Source: Sphaerodactylus townsendi | Lineage: Eukaryota | NCBI RefSeq assembly: GCF_021028975.2 | Contig: NC_059433.1 | Span: 93,806,001 to 93,870,000, forward strand | Length of the DNA stretch: 64,000 nt | Direction: 5' to 3' | Shown: in pieces, positions 34,301-46,790 of the stretch | Layout of the letters: each line of letters begins with the position of its first letter | How positions within the stretch are numbered: position 1 is the stretch's first letter | Program-made: the position numbers and the translations under genes | The notes under the pieces: generated by a model | What the model was told of the DNA's origin: nothing | The model's input: only the letters and a program-made list of their open reading frames with translations | The model's database searches: none

Positions 34301-36597
34301 AGTAATCAGTAGTCTAATATGATTGCCAGAGGAAAATTCTTACATCTAGGACTTTTAAATAAGTATGGGGAAGATTTCATTTTTACCTCAGCTTTCTTCC
34401 AAGAAACTCAGTAAGGATTGGAAACTTTTAAATTGGCCCTTATCACTGTTTGATCTGCCACCAGTTATCAGGTGTTGTTATTTCAACTGTCCACTTCCAC
34501 TCAGTAAGTTCTATTAAAGAGATAGGACACTTTTTTCCTGTCCAGTTGGCAACTATAAGGATCATATGTTCAAACATGTTATTCTGTAGCTGCCTACTAA
34601 TTAGTATGCTTAGAGATTGCAACAGTCCAAACTCAGGAATTGTAAATGTCAGAATTAATTGCAGTCATGTGATTCTCATGACTATTGTGGTTTACGGATT
34701 ACACCCATGGCTCTTAAATAATTTTGCAATCCACTAGAACACCTGTTTTCCTTGTTGTAATCATTCATAATTCAGGTGCCACACCTTGGCAGATCTGAAC
34801 TTTTAGATCACAGCCTTTAATCCTCATACTCTGGAGTAGCTCACTGACCCTATTACACATAGTCTACTCTGCTCAATTTACTTTTTGTCTGCAAGCTTCT
34901 AAGCTTTGAGTTAACAGAAGTTCCATTTTGGAGATCTTTGATGTAACCCATTAAAGGCATTTCCAGGATATTTTAAACTTTGTAACTCAAATTGTAAGCA
35001 TTTGTAATAACATACTTATATAGTGTTAGAGCAGGATAAAATCTGGCAGGATGTAAGAACATAAGAAAAACTCTGTTGAATCAGGCCAGTGATCCGTCAG
35101 GGCCAGCATCCTGTTTTCCACAGTGGCCAACTGGGTGGTCTAGAAAACCTACAAGCAGAGCTCCAGAGCTCAAAGTATTCCCTTGCTTTTGGTCTCTCAC
35201 AACTGGTAGACTACTTCTGTGGACTACCTCTGCCCATGGATGTTCCACTGACTTGTCCTGGCTAGCAGCTATTGATTGGCCTATCCTCCATTATAATCAT
35301 TCCAAAAGGTTAATGTTGTGTAACAAAAATAACCATGACTGTAATGGCTCCTGAAAGATTTTACTCCAGCATAAGCTTTGATGGGCTAGAGCCCATTTCA
35401 GATACAGATACAATGGCAGACATTTATATGATTAGAATCAGTGAGCTACGACATGCAGGAAGTACAAACATGTGCATGTAAAGGGCTGTCAAGTCACAGC
35501 CAATTTAACGCAATCCAATAGGCTTCTTAAAATAAGAAACTAGATGGTTTTCTGTTGCCTTCCTCTGCATAATGATTCTGGCATTCCCTGGTGGTCTCCC
35601 ACCCAAGTACTAACCAGGGTTGATTCTGCTAAGTTTCTGAGATCTGACAAGATTGGGCCAGCCTGGGCCATCCATGACAGGGCAAGAAGTACAGAATGAG
35701 ACAGAACTGTGTAAAAAAATAAAAATACAGAGACAGAGACAGTTCAAAATAGCAGTACTTGCCTCCATCAACTTTCAAGCCATCTAAGGGAGCAGTCATC
35801 AGCACATACTATGACAATGAATTGTATAAATTCTGTTTTAGGTGATCAGTTATGAATTTTGTGTCTCCTCCTATATTTATTACCTACAAGTTTCAGCATT
35901 TTAGGAGAGAAAGTAACAGTCACTGAAGTAACATCCTTTGTAACTGTATTGAAATATCTTTATAAACTGTTGTTGATTTAATGTACTAGCACAGTATTTT
36001 CAGGGTCAGACCATGTTCTGAGCCCTTTGGGGGAGGGCGGTATAAAAGTGGAACAAATAAATAAATAAATAAATAAATGTTTGTCTCAAGAGTATACACA
36101 CAAGCTTGTTGAATATCTAGTAATGTCTTTTCTGCCATATTCAAATTAATCAAAGACAGGTAAAAGAGAAATGGGGATAATCCTTTCAGTGAGTATGTAT
36201 GTCTTTTAAAAAGTGATCATTTTAGTCACTGTGAACTGTCACTGTGAATCATGGAGGGGGACAGCCCCCACGGGTCAATGAGTGTGTAGCAAAAGGACTG
36301 TGATATTCCTTTTCAGCCAAAGAACACATTGAATAAACATAACCTAATTGCCAGAACAGATCTGTTAAGTGCTGACAATATAGTAAGTGCCAACAACTGC
36401 AAAAGTCTTGTAGCACTATGACCTACTGAGAAAGGAGGAAAAACTGGTAATTGGAGTTCCAGATGGCCACTGTTGCTATTGGCTAATCTTAGAGGGTCAC
36501 ATGACAAGGCTTCTTTTTAAAGTCATCCTTAGTGAGTGAGAGCAGTGTTGGTATTTCTCTGGAAGGTTTAGGAAAGGTGCTTAGTGAATCATCCAAA

Positions 36598-36670
36598 ATG
36601 TGTGAGCAGTTTGTGGGAATATGGAAGCTGGTTTCCAGTGAGAATTTTGATGATTACATGAAAGAACTTG
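36598..36670 (+). CDS. FABP4: FABP4 exon 1
   Basis: [24 protein letters not shown](G); donor gtaag. Confidence 0.92.
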
Positions 36671-39600
36671 GTAAGTAGTATTGATGGATTGTTTGATGTG
36701 ATGATCTTTCACTTTATTTTGTTTTTTTTCCTTATACAGAGTTGTGTTCTTGCTGTTTCAGTATCAAAATAAGCTTTATTCTGTAATCCTAAATTCTTCA
36801 CATCCCTTGAGAGATAACGCTGGTGTATCATTTCTAAGCTGTTCACTGCCTAAATAAAGATTTTTTTTTCTTTTGAAGAAGCAGAATGCTACAGTTCTTG
36901 CTTAGCTATTCAAATTCTGCCAGCTCTGTCTGGAGAAAGTCCTGGAGATGGTGCCTGTGAAGGGTGGAATGTAAGGAGCTAAGCTCCTTCCTCCAGAGAA
37001 ACTGATCTCTGTAGTATGGGATCAGTTGTAATCCTGGGAGAACTCCTGGTCCTATGCATGTCTCTTCAAGTATCTTACATTTTTAGGCTTTCAAATCTTT
37101 CTAACCACAAATGCGCTTCCTGAAAGAATCTAAGCTTATTCTAGAGAACTTGAACTCTGCAATAGTTTACTGCATTGAGCAATCTCCTGTGAAATGTTGC
37201 TCTGTCAAAAATGTCATTTAAAAGAAGGCTTCAGCGTCTTGCTAAGCAAGAGAATGCTGAGACTACAATAGCTGTGTGTGGCCAGTGGCTGTTCAAACTA
37301 TCTTGGGATTACTGTGCAGAATGATTACCAAGATAAGACCCTAAAGAATGTGAAGGGCTGTCCCTCATGGTTTAGTTCAGTTTAGATGGTTTCCTTGAGG
37401 AATGTATGAGGCTTTAGCTGTGGGGAAGCAGTTGTGTCTTAGTGAATCCCCTACAAGAATGCAGAGGCCTGAATTAACAGTTGTGAATGATCCAGGTGAG
37501 AACTTTTCTGGACAGTGCCTGTTAATGATCTGAAGGGCTGTTCAATTTGACCCTGCCTATGTGAGTACATCCCACAGTACAACAAAGAGACCACTTTTAA
37601 GATCCTAGGGTTAGTCTGACCTAATTATTACACAGTCTGAAAGTAGCTTCATATCTTCTTATCCCTGAGTTTTTCCAGCAATAAATTTCATCATTAAAAA
37701 AAATACTAAGGCAAGGGTGATTGTTTTTTGCATAAAAGTGTTCTTAACTTTTCTAATTCCCCCCAAGTTTGCTACTTGTCTCTTCAGTGTTGGCAGTATT
37801 CAACTGGTTGGATGGTGCCCTTCCAAAATCAAGAAATTGTGTTACTGCTTGGAATCCGGTGCTGATTCAGATTTACTCAACTGGTTATATCAGTAATTCT
37901 CAACCTGTGGGTTGGGACCCCTTTGGGGGCTGAACAACCCTTTCACAGGGGTCACCTAAGACTCTCTGCATCAGTGTTCTCCATCTGTAAAATGGATAAA
38001 TGTTAGGGTTGGGGGTCACCACAACATGAGGAACTGTATTAAAGGGTTGCGGCATTAGGAAGGTTGAGAACCACTGGGTTAGATGGTGCCCTTCCAAACT
38101 CAAGAAATTATGTTACTGCCTTGCCTGGAATCCGGTGCTGATTCACATAAACTCAAGTGACTTGTCAGATGATCAAACTCTGCTTTGTCTGGCTGCTTCC
38201 AGGATGGCCCTGTTGGTTTGATTAGACAGCTGTTTGTTTAGTTTATTTACTTTATTTATATCCTGCCCTTCTCCCCAATGGTGACCGAACCAGCTTACAT
38301 TGTTCTCTTCTCCCCCATTTTATTTTCATAACAATAGCCCTATGAAGTAGGTCAGGCTGATACTATGTGATTGGCCAAGATTGCCCAGGAAGTTTCCATG
38401 GCAGAGTGGATGTTCAAACCTAGGTTTCTCAGATCCTAATCTGACACTTTACTACATTACATTGACTCCTGAGTTGTGCAATAAATGTTCTCAGAATGTT
38501 CTTCATTAATTAAAACCAATCATTGAAGTATATATTCTCTATCTTGTCATGTATTTTGTAAGAGGTCCAGCAAAGTTGGAACATAAGCTTAAAGGTAGAA
38601 AAATATGTGATTTAGCCAAAGTAGATCCAGTTCTATACTAAAGTGGGAAGGAATATTTGAAATATGCAGAAGGAATGGTATGGCAGATTGTACTCCCTCA
38701 CCATGTTTCCCCTTTTTGAAATAGCTACTCACCAGTTATTTGTTCTGATGGGCCTTCATATCCAGGATTCATCTTTATTCAGAGAAATACTTGGATAAAA
38801 GCAGATTTTTCTTTATGTTCAGCACCCATCTTCTATATTTCAATGCTGTGTTTTAAATATCTTTTTGCTACCTCCCACACTAACGTTGGATTTTTTCATG
38901 CCCAAGATGAAGCTGTTCTTCCATTGGGATAAGCGGAATCATTACTACCCTGTTTCTCCAAAAATAAGACATCCCCTGAGAATGAGACGTAGTAGAGGTT
39001 TTGCTGAAGTGCTAAATATAAAACATCCCCCAAAAGTAAGACGTAGCAAAGTTTTTGTTTGGAAGCATGCCCGTCGAACAGAACACCAGAGCATGCAGTT
39101 GTGGAATGGGAAAAAAAGACATCTCCTGAAAATAAGACATAGCACATCTTTGGGAGCAAAAATTAATATAAGACACTGTCTTATTTTTGGAGGAACACGG
39201 TAATACAGTAAGACGGTTGAGGTGGTAAGGAAAGTATCCGAACCTGATGATATTTTTTTGTTTCTAGGTGTGGGCTACGCTACGAGAAAGATAGCTGCTG
39301 TTGCCAAGCCTAATGTCGTTATCAGTTGCAAGGGGGATGTCATAACCATCAAAACGGAAAGTACTTTCAAGAACACAGAGATTAGTTTCAAGCTGGGAGA
39401 AGAATTTGATGAGACAACAGCAGATGATAGGAAAGTGAAGGTTAGTTCTGTACTGTCTCTGAAAGCTATTACAGGTTTGTGTGTATACTTCAAGATGGAC
39501 TAACACTAAGGATTCGTGTAGCTTAAAGGTGCTTGGAGGTAGGCTACACCTGAGTGGAAGATGCAAGCAAAGATTTTGGTTTCCTTAACCAAGTGTGCAG

Positions 39601-42600
39601 CATTCTGGCAACTGATAAGAAGTTGTTGGGCCTCATGACTACCTCCCTGCTCACTCATCTAATCTGTTATCTTAAGTTACTGACAGCACATACAGGATTA
39701 TGGCTATATGAATCGAAAGCATGGGTAACATGCTATTGTTCCAGTAATAATCCATGGTTTAAATCACACCTAGGGGTATGGTGTTGGCTTATCTTACAGG
39801 CCCAGTGTCTTGCTAAATTACTGATAAAAGGGCAATCTTGTTGCAACAGTTCTATGTAGTTATCTAGACTTCTCAACCACCATCCCACCTCACCTTCCAG
39901 TCTGCTCTCAGCTGTGTAACCTTGATCAACATTCCTTCTGACTAGCATTGAACTTTTTTCACCAAAGTCCAGTCTTGGCAGTTGTAAGTCTAACATTCTT
40001 CTTCTGGAACTTCTTCATACATCACCTGAACTTGAAACAGACTAACCATAGTTTAAGAAGTCCATTAGATTTTGTCTAATGTGGCATTTGTGTATGTGTG
40101 TATGTCACCATGATAGAGTGATAGCTGTCGTTACAGCTTCTCAATTTAGTTAATTCTTAGCTACGTTTCAACCATGGTTTGGGTATTTTGGTAGATACAT
40201 GCCCTAACCCAAGCATGATCCTCTAGTTAAAGAATAATTGCTCCCTTCTCTTAACAGAGTACTGTGACACTAGAAAATGGATCTCTCAATCACGTGCAGA
40301 AATGGGATGGGAAACAGACCACAATTAAAAGAAAGGTAGCTGATGGAAAGTTGATTGTGGTGAGTTCACTTTATTTTCCAGGAGCTGTATGGACAAATGT
40401 CAAAATTATTGACTAATACAGAGGGAAAATGAAAACGGAAGTAAATATGAAGTTCCAGCAAGCAAGATTCATAGTATATAGCATACTGTATGGTATGTAC
40501 TATACTAGAGCTCCAGAAGCCACCTCTTATATCCAATACACTGAAATGTTCTTTGAAAATATTTAAATATACACCACTTTGTGCTAAAACAAAACATGAA
40601 CTTTTCCACTGTACTATTCATCTTTCACAGATGTGGTGCTGCTTTGCACTTGTAGCAGAAAAGTTAGGATTTATATATGAGCTAAGTCAAATGCAACTTA
40701 GGGCCTCAGCATTTTTTAAAAAATTAAGTAACTTGTCTTGGTAATGCCACGAGCCCACTTAATTTGACGAAGCTTAGGGCCTGAGCATGTCTTAATTGGG
40801 CCCTGCAGAAAAGGCACTACCACAATGGTGGGAATGACGGCTATGGGGCAGCTTGGCTTGATATGCCTTCTTCTATTTGGCTGGCCTAAATATGTGAACC
40901 AGCCTGAGGTTTCCTAGCCAGTTATGTTAGTTATTAGACACAACCAAATTTCCTGCAGAACTTGGTACATGTCCATGCTTGCGAAGGACCTACCTTGCAC
41001 ACAACATACCAAGGGAGGATCCAGGCACTTTGATGAAAGAATATTGTATTCTTGCAATACAGAGATTAAGGGAAACCTGTGTACCAGGTTCTTCTGTTCT
41101 CAACATTTATTCACCACATCATACAACCGTTTGGAGTTGTCTAAAACTGTAAACAACAAAATATCCAAAACTAGAAATGAAATATAGTCGAACAAAATGG
41201 CAGCAGGTGACTAGAAGCTCAGCAGAATAAGTGCAGTCTTGTGAGACTGAGAAATTGCTACTGCCATTTTAGAGAAAATTCCATAATTAAGGGCCAACCA
41301 GGGTTGCCAACCACCAATTGGAACCTGGAGTTCTCCTGAAGTTATAAGCGATCTCCAGGCAATAGAGATCAGTTCCCCTGGGGTGGATAGCACAGCCTCA
41401 TCCCTACTGCTCTCCCTACCTTCTTCATGCTCCACCCCTAAACATCCAGGAAATTCCCCATCTGAAGTCGGCAATCCTAAACTCCCCACAGTAAAAGCTC
41501 AACTCCTAACTGATGACTTTCTGGCACTGATTGTTCCTGAGGTGGGACTTCATTGGCTGATTTAAAAGGGAAAGAAGAAGGCAAAGGTGCTACTATTGGT
41601 ATCAAAAAGATATATATCCTGCAAAGCAAAAGCAGGTACTTGTTTAGCAATTGGTCGTAGCAATTGGTAACGTAGAAAACATAATTAAAGTAAGTGTGAT
41701 GGCCTATATAGGTCAATGGTTACACAGTGGGTAGTGATATTCCAAGCTGTCTTGAGATGCACCCCACACACTCATCCAATCTAGAAGTTATATAGGTACA
41801 AAGTAAATGAAGCCAGGACTGTGTAAACTATGCTTAATATAAGACTCAGATTCTTTTAGAGCAGTTTGAATTCTGGGGGAAGGCCAGCAGCCTGGGAGAA
41901 TCTTGAAAACCAGAGGGCTACATCAACAAGAGCTATTGAAATGGAACTACTAAATGGAACTACTGGAGGGGATAATTAGAAAAAACCTGTTCCTTTTTTT
42001 CCTGTACTTCTTAAGGATGCAAATGATTCTGCACAGGCTGTACCATAATTTGTCTTATATTGCTTGTACTCTTGCAGTACAACTCTATGCAAAATCAACT
42101 TTACACTAGATTTTAACTAGTTTGTTTAAAGCTTGGATCTCCCTAGACCAGGGGTAGGGAACCTGCGGCTCTCCAGATGTTCAGGAACTACAATTCCCAT
42201 CAGCCCCTACCAGCATGGCCAATTGGCCATGCTGACAGAGGCTGATGGGAATTGTAGTTCCTGAACATCTGGAGAGCCGCAGGTTCCCTACCCCTGCCCT
42301 AGACAGAGCATTCAATCAGGTAGGGGTCAGGACTGAGAAAGTCCTGACCCTAGTCAAGACAGTTGGATAAACTTTGGGCCAGGGACCACCAGTAGATTTT
42401 CAGATGAAGACCATAAAGCTCTTGCAAGTGTGTACTGAAGAAAGTGATCCTGAAGCTACAAGGGTCCTAGGCCATGTAGGACTTTGATCAGCACCCAAAA
42501 CTTGAACCTGATCTAGTATACAACTGGAAGCCAATTGTGAAAGTTCTTAATGTCCAACTAAGAAAATGGGATGTGTAATATTGATAATTGGAATTGGGTG

Positions 42601-42756
42601 CAAAGCTTTGATATTTGTTGTTGAAATCAGGAGCTGCTCTCTTTGGAAGAGTTTTGTTGCTTAAACTTATACTCATACTCCCACTGGTGTGTGTTTTTCT
42701 TTTAGGAGTGCTCAATGAACAATGTTGTCTGCACTAGAATCTATGAGAAGGCATGA
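36598..42756 (+). CDS. FABP4: FABP4, adipocyte fatty acid-binding protein, 132 aa; join(36598..36670,39268..39440,40258..40359,42706..42756)
   Basis: Canonical iLBP exon sizes 73/173/102/51; [39 protein letters not shown]...[15 protein letters not shown]...CTRIYEKA*; located between IMPA1 and PMP2; TTTAAA box at about 36516 and AATAAA at 42912. Confidence 0.9.
37891..38076 (+). mobile_element. SPIN (Space Invader)-type non-autonomous hAT element, 186 bp
   Basis: CAGTAATTCTCAACCTGTGGG...GCATTAGGAAGGTTGAGAACCACTG; 8-bp TSD ggttatat/ggttagat. Confidence 0.85.
38948..39200. mobile_element. Tigger/pogo-type MITE
   Basis: TIR CCCTGTTTCTCCAAAAATAAGACA / TGTCTTATTTTTGGAGGAACACGG; TA TSD; repeated internal AAGAC motifs. 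Confidence 0.82.
39268..39440 (+). CDS. FABP4: FABP4 exon 2
   Basis: [58 protein letters not shown]. Confidence 0.93.
40258..40359 (+). CDS. FABP4: FABP4 exon 3
   Basis: [34 protein letters not shown]. Confidence 0.93.
42149..42296. mobile_element. 148-bp palindromic hAT MITE, copy 4
   Basis: Perfect TSD ccctagac. Confidence 0.92.
42706..42756 (+). CDS. FABP4: FABP4 exon 4
   Basis: [16 protein letters not shown]. Confidence 0.93.
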   Translation, partial: ECSMNNVVCTRIYEKA

Positions 42757-45492
42757 AGACTCTTGCCAGTTGATGGATAGAACCTTGAAGCCAAAGATAA
42801 ATGTCAATTCACAGGGCAACAGCCCTGCAAGGCTAATTGTTTCCAAGAACTGACTTGTTTACTGGCCAACTCCAAAGCAACCTTGTATCATCTGAAGAAT
42901 TGTGGTTATTCAATAAAAATGCTCACCTTGGGGAAAAGATGAAGCTGTTCTCATACTTTATGAAAGATGCAGATGGGATGCTCAGTGAAGAATTTCAGGT
43001 TCTCTTTGTGGGATGTGCCAAGTTTTGCTTACCTGCTTTCAAACAGCAGGGCATAATCATTCTGGTTGTACTTCTATGTTCCATTAGCTTGAGGGATATT
43101 CAAAACTGTACAGTTAAGAGTGCCTAGGCATATCAAGATAATCAAACTGAAAATGGCAGAATACACTTTTTCAAGCTGAATTGTAGAAATCTGGTCTCTC
43201 TTCTCCCCTTCTTTCGCAAGCTAATAGCATCCTCTGCCTTGCATGTAGGCTATATGAAGAAAACTTGTGAATGGCTGCTCCCACACAAAGATCTTCCTCT
43301 GCTTTGACTTCCAAACTGAACAGTGTGTGTGTTTATTTTCAGAGCTTATGCATGATGATATGTAATCATCCTGTTCCCAGGTTTTCCATGTCCTCAATCT
43401 AACCTTGCTTTTTCTTACCATTGGGACTCGAACCAATGTGCAAAAATAACAAAATACAGTTTACATTATTAAAAGAATGGAGAATTTCCTCAAGGAAGAG
43501 GCATTTATGCATTCAAAACTTCTTATGGAATGAATTCCAGAAAATTGTCCATATTTGGTAGTTAAGATTTCTTTGAACAAGTTCAGCCTTTAAGGGTACC
43601 ACAGATTTCAATCAGAGTACTTCAGCCCCAATTCTCTCTCCTCTGATCTTTACTCATATTTGGAGGGAAACCATAATTCAAACAGATCTGCTTGTCTTCT
43701 AAAAGGGGGGTATATTTTACCACCCCACATTTTGTATTTTATCACTTAATCACCTCACTGTGGGTACCATTGTCCCAGTATCTTTTTCCTGCCTTAACAT
43801 TTTATGAAAACTATACACTGCCTTTCTGCCCTCACAAGGGTCATGGAATCAGTTAACAAATTACAACATGATATGATTACATTTTTAAACAAAACAATTG
43901 CCACACACTATTAAAGCAATTAAAACGAGAGCTTAAAACACATGCAAAGTCATAAACTACAACAATGAGACCACTGGGCAGAAAGGAGGTATCACTAATG
44001 GAACATCAAAACAAATGAACAAAAAAAGCTGAGCATGAATTGATGTCCCTGGGGAAATAGTTCCAGGGTTCTTGTGCCACTACTGATAAGGCTTCTTCCC
44101 AAGTTGCTGCCCATCTAATTTCAGAAAACAGAGTCTCTGAAAATAGTCAAGTAGTTTCAGAAAGGAGTAGGTGGTCCCTCAGGAATGTGGTCCCAACCCA
44201 CTATAAGTCTTTGAAGGTTAACACAGCACATTGAATAGTGCCCAGAAACAAACTGAGAGCTAGTGTAGATGGGCCAAAATTGGAATAGTATGGTCCCTAC
44301 AATCAACTCCAGTCAGCACCCTTGCTGCAGCTTTCTGTTCCAGTTGAAGGTCGCAAAGGGCAGTCCCATATAGCTTCCATGGAAAAGTAGGAGTTTGAAT
44401 TTAGGTATCCCAGAGTCTAATCTGACACCCAAATCTGACACATTACACTGGCTCAAGTTCACATGAAGCAGCCTTATGGAATCAGAATGTTGGCATAAAT
44501 GGTCCATCTCATCTACTCTGACTATCAATGGTTTGCTGGGGTTTTAGGTGAAAGTCTTTTGCATCCGATGATCTCTTCTCTAGAGTTTCCAAGACTGAAC
44601 CTAGGGCCTTTAACATTGAGCCAGGTCCTTCTCTGGATGCAGTAGGAAATACAGATTGACTATCTTAGCAGTGTTGTTAAGTGCCAGACATTGATCTAGG
44701 AGACTCAGGTTGAATGCCAGCTCTGATTTAGAAGTTTACTGGATGACTTGGGCCAGCCACACGCTTTCAGTCCAACCTAACTCACAAGGTTATGGAGAGG
44801 ACAAAATGGAGACTAGGAGATGACATATGCTGATTGGATTCTAATTTGGGAGAAAAGTTGGGATATAAAGATGAAATAATATCCTCAATCCTATCCTTCC
44901 TCCAGGATGAGGCAACTCATCCTGCCACTTCACCCTCACAGGCTGGCATAACATTTGTCTAATTAGCAATGTCTACTCTACCTGGCATAGTTTGTGCCAT
45001 CTGTGAGGTATCAAACTCTGTTGGGGGATTGAGTGAGTCTTGCAGCACTGTCAGTCCAAAGTGATGCATGTTTGACTTAATATGCAATGAGAAACTTGTC
45101 TCGCCTTGACCAGACTCTTTGTTTATGCATCCTGCTTTAAACTCTGTTACCTGAAGAATGTATGTATGGTTATTCATTTCTATTGCCTGATGTCTTTCAT
45201 GTCTCGAATAACTCAAAGTCGGCAACTTTTCACAATTAGGAGCCAGACATCATCAAAATTCAAAGTAAGACATCGTCTCAGATAACTTTTCCTACCTTAG
45301 CTGCTCTTCTGATTCTCATTCAAATATTTTATGGAATGAGAGCATAGTCTGAAAGTGTGAGATCATGCTCATAATATACTCAAGGGGCTGCCTAGATTGC
45401 TTGGTTAGAGGCTTTCTTTAAAAGACAGTTTATGGCCAGATCCATTCACCTTCCCCTCATCTATGTATTTCAGGCATTCAGAGTGCCACCAT

Positions 45493-45633
45493 GGCTCATT
45501 CCGCACATGCAGAATAATGCACTTTTAAACTGCTTTCAGTGCTCTTTGAAGCTGTGCGGAATAGCAAAATCCACTTGCAAACAGTTGTGAAAGTGGTTTG
45601 AAAACGCATTATTTTGCATGTGCGGAAGGGGCC
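45493..45633. mobile_element. 141-bp PIF/Harbinger-type MITE, copy 3 (reverse orientation)
   Basis: TSD CAT. Confidence 0.85.
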
Positions 45634-45878
45634 CATGTTTCTTGTCTTACAGATATTTTAGGTATCAGACACAGATGTGACTGGAGCTTTTACTCCAAAA
45701 TGACCAAGCAACACATTGCCAAATTTCCCCTGTTATTTGGGAGGCACATTTTAACAACTTTTTTAAATAACACATTTTAATAACACATTTTAACTGCCAA
45801 TCTCCCCTCTGTGAACCTGCCTCTCTCTGACAGTTTGCCCCATTGGACAAGATTGTTCTACTAATAAATCACCTACAG

Positions 45879-46307
45879 CAGTGGTGGTGAACCTATGGCC
45901 CGGGTGCCAGAGGTGGCTCTCAGAGCCCTCTCTGTGGGTACGTGCTCACAGAGTGCATCATGTGGGGGGGGGGGAGCACTGTTAAATCCCACTGATTTTC
46001 ATGGGAAGAACTAAAGCGCAATCCTTTACCTGAGAGTAAGCTCAGTTACTGGCAATGGGGCTTGCTTCTGAGTAAACCATCCTAGGGTCATGATTCACCT
46101 GTCCGAAGAGTTGCACAGTTGCTTCAAAGCAAAGCAAAGACTACCACCAAGCTTACTTCCGAGTAGCGCGCGCCTCGGAGCCAACCGTTTTTTTTAAACG
46201 AAAACCTCAGTATTCAGGTTAAATTGCCGTGTTGGCACTTTGCGATAAATAAGTGGGTTTTGGGTTGCAATTTGGGCACTCGGTCTCAAAAAGGTTTGCC
46301 ATCACTG
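45879..46307. mobile_element. Non-autonomous hAT element (hAT1-like ends), 429 bp
   Basis: CAGTGGTGGTGAACCTATGG...AAAAGGTTTGCCATCACTG; perfect 8-bp TSD acctacag. Confidence 0.85.
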
Positions 46308-46459
46308 ACCTACAGGCTGGAAAGGCTGCTGGCCAGATTATGTCCCTCCTGACTTGTTTAAAACTAACCATTTCTGGTGGGCTTCAGCACTTGCTAAATT
46401 ATTCATGGTTACAGATGGATGTGTGAATAGCCCTACCAATGGAGGCAGGCTATTGTTTT

Positions 46460-46790
46460 ACCAATCAGCAAGAAAAAAGGATACCAAGGATCTTCCAAAT
46501 TACTAGCCAATTAGCCTCTTATCTGTGTTAAGTAATGCTGTTCATCTGCTCCTAAAACTGGAAACATGATGGATCAAAGACTCTTCTGTCATGGATCCTG
46601 AACATATTGGTTTTAGAAAGGAGAATCAACTTTGCACCATGGTCATGTCTTGCACCATGACAAGTACACTTCTCAAAGGGTCTATGCTGCATTTGCCAAT
46701 CTGTTAACAGCATTTGAGTCAGTCTTCCACAGACAACTCTGGAAGAAATTGGAGGCCACCTCAACATCACCTAGGCTTTTATTCCTTTCT
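46460..46790 (+). mobile_element. Old LINE reverse-transcriptase fragment
   Basis: Remnant RT motifs NY*PISLL, GFRK and YAAFANLLTAFESV..QLWKKL. Confidence 0.6.

Noticed and set aside
12973-42296. Repeated palindromes as a CRISPR-like array
   Set aside because: Dispersed copies with 8-bp TSDs in a vertebrate genome; these are MITEs
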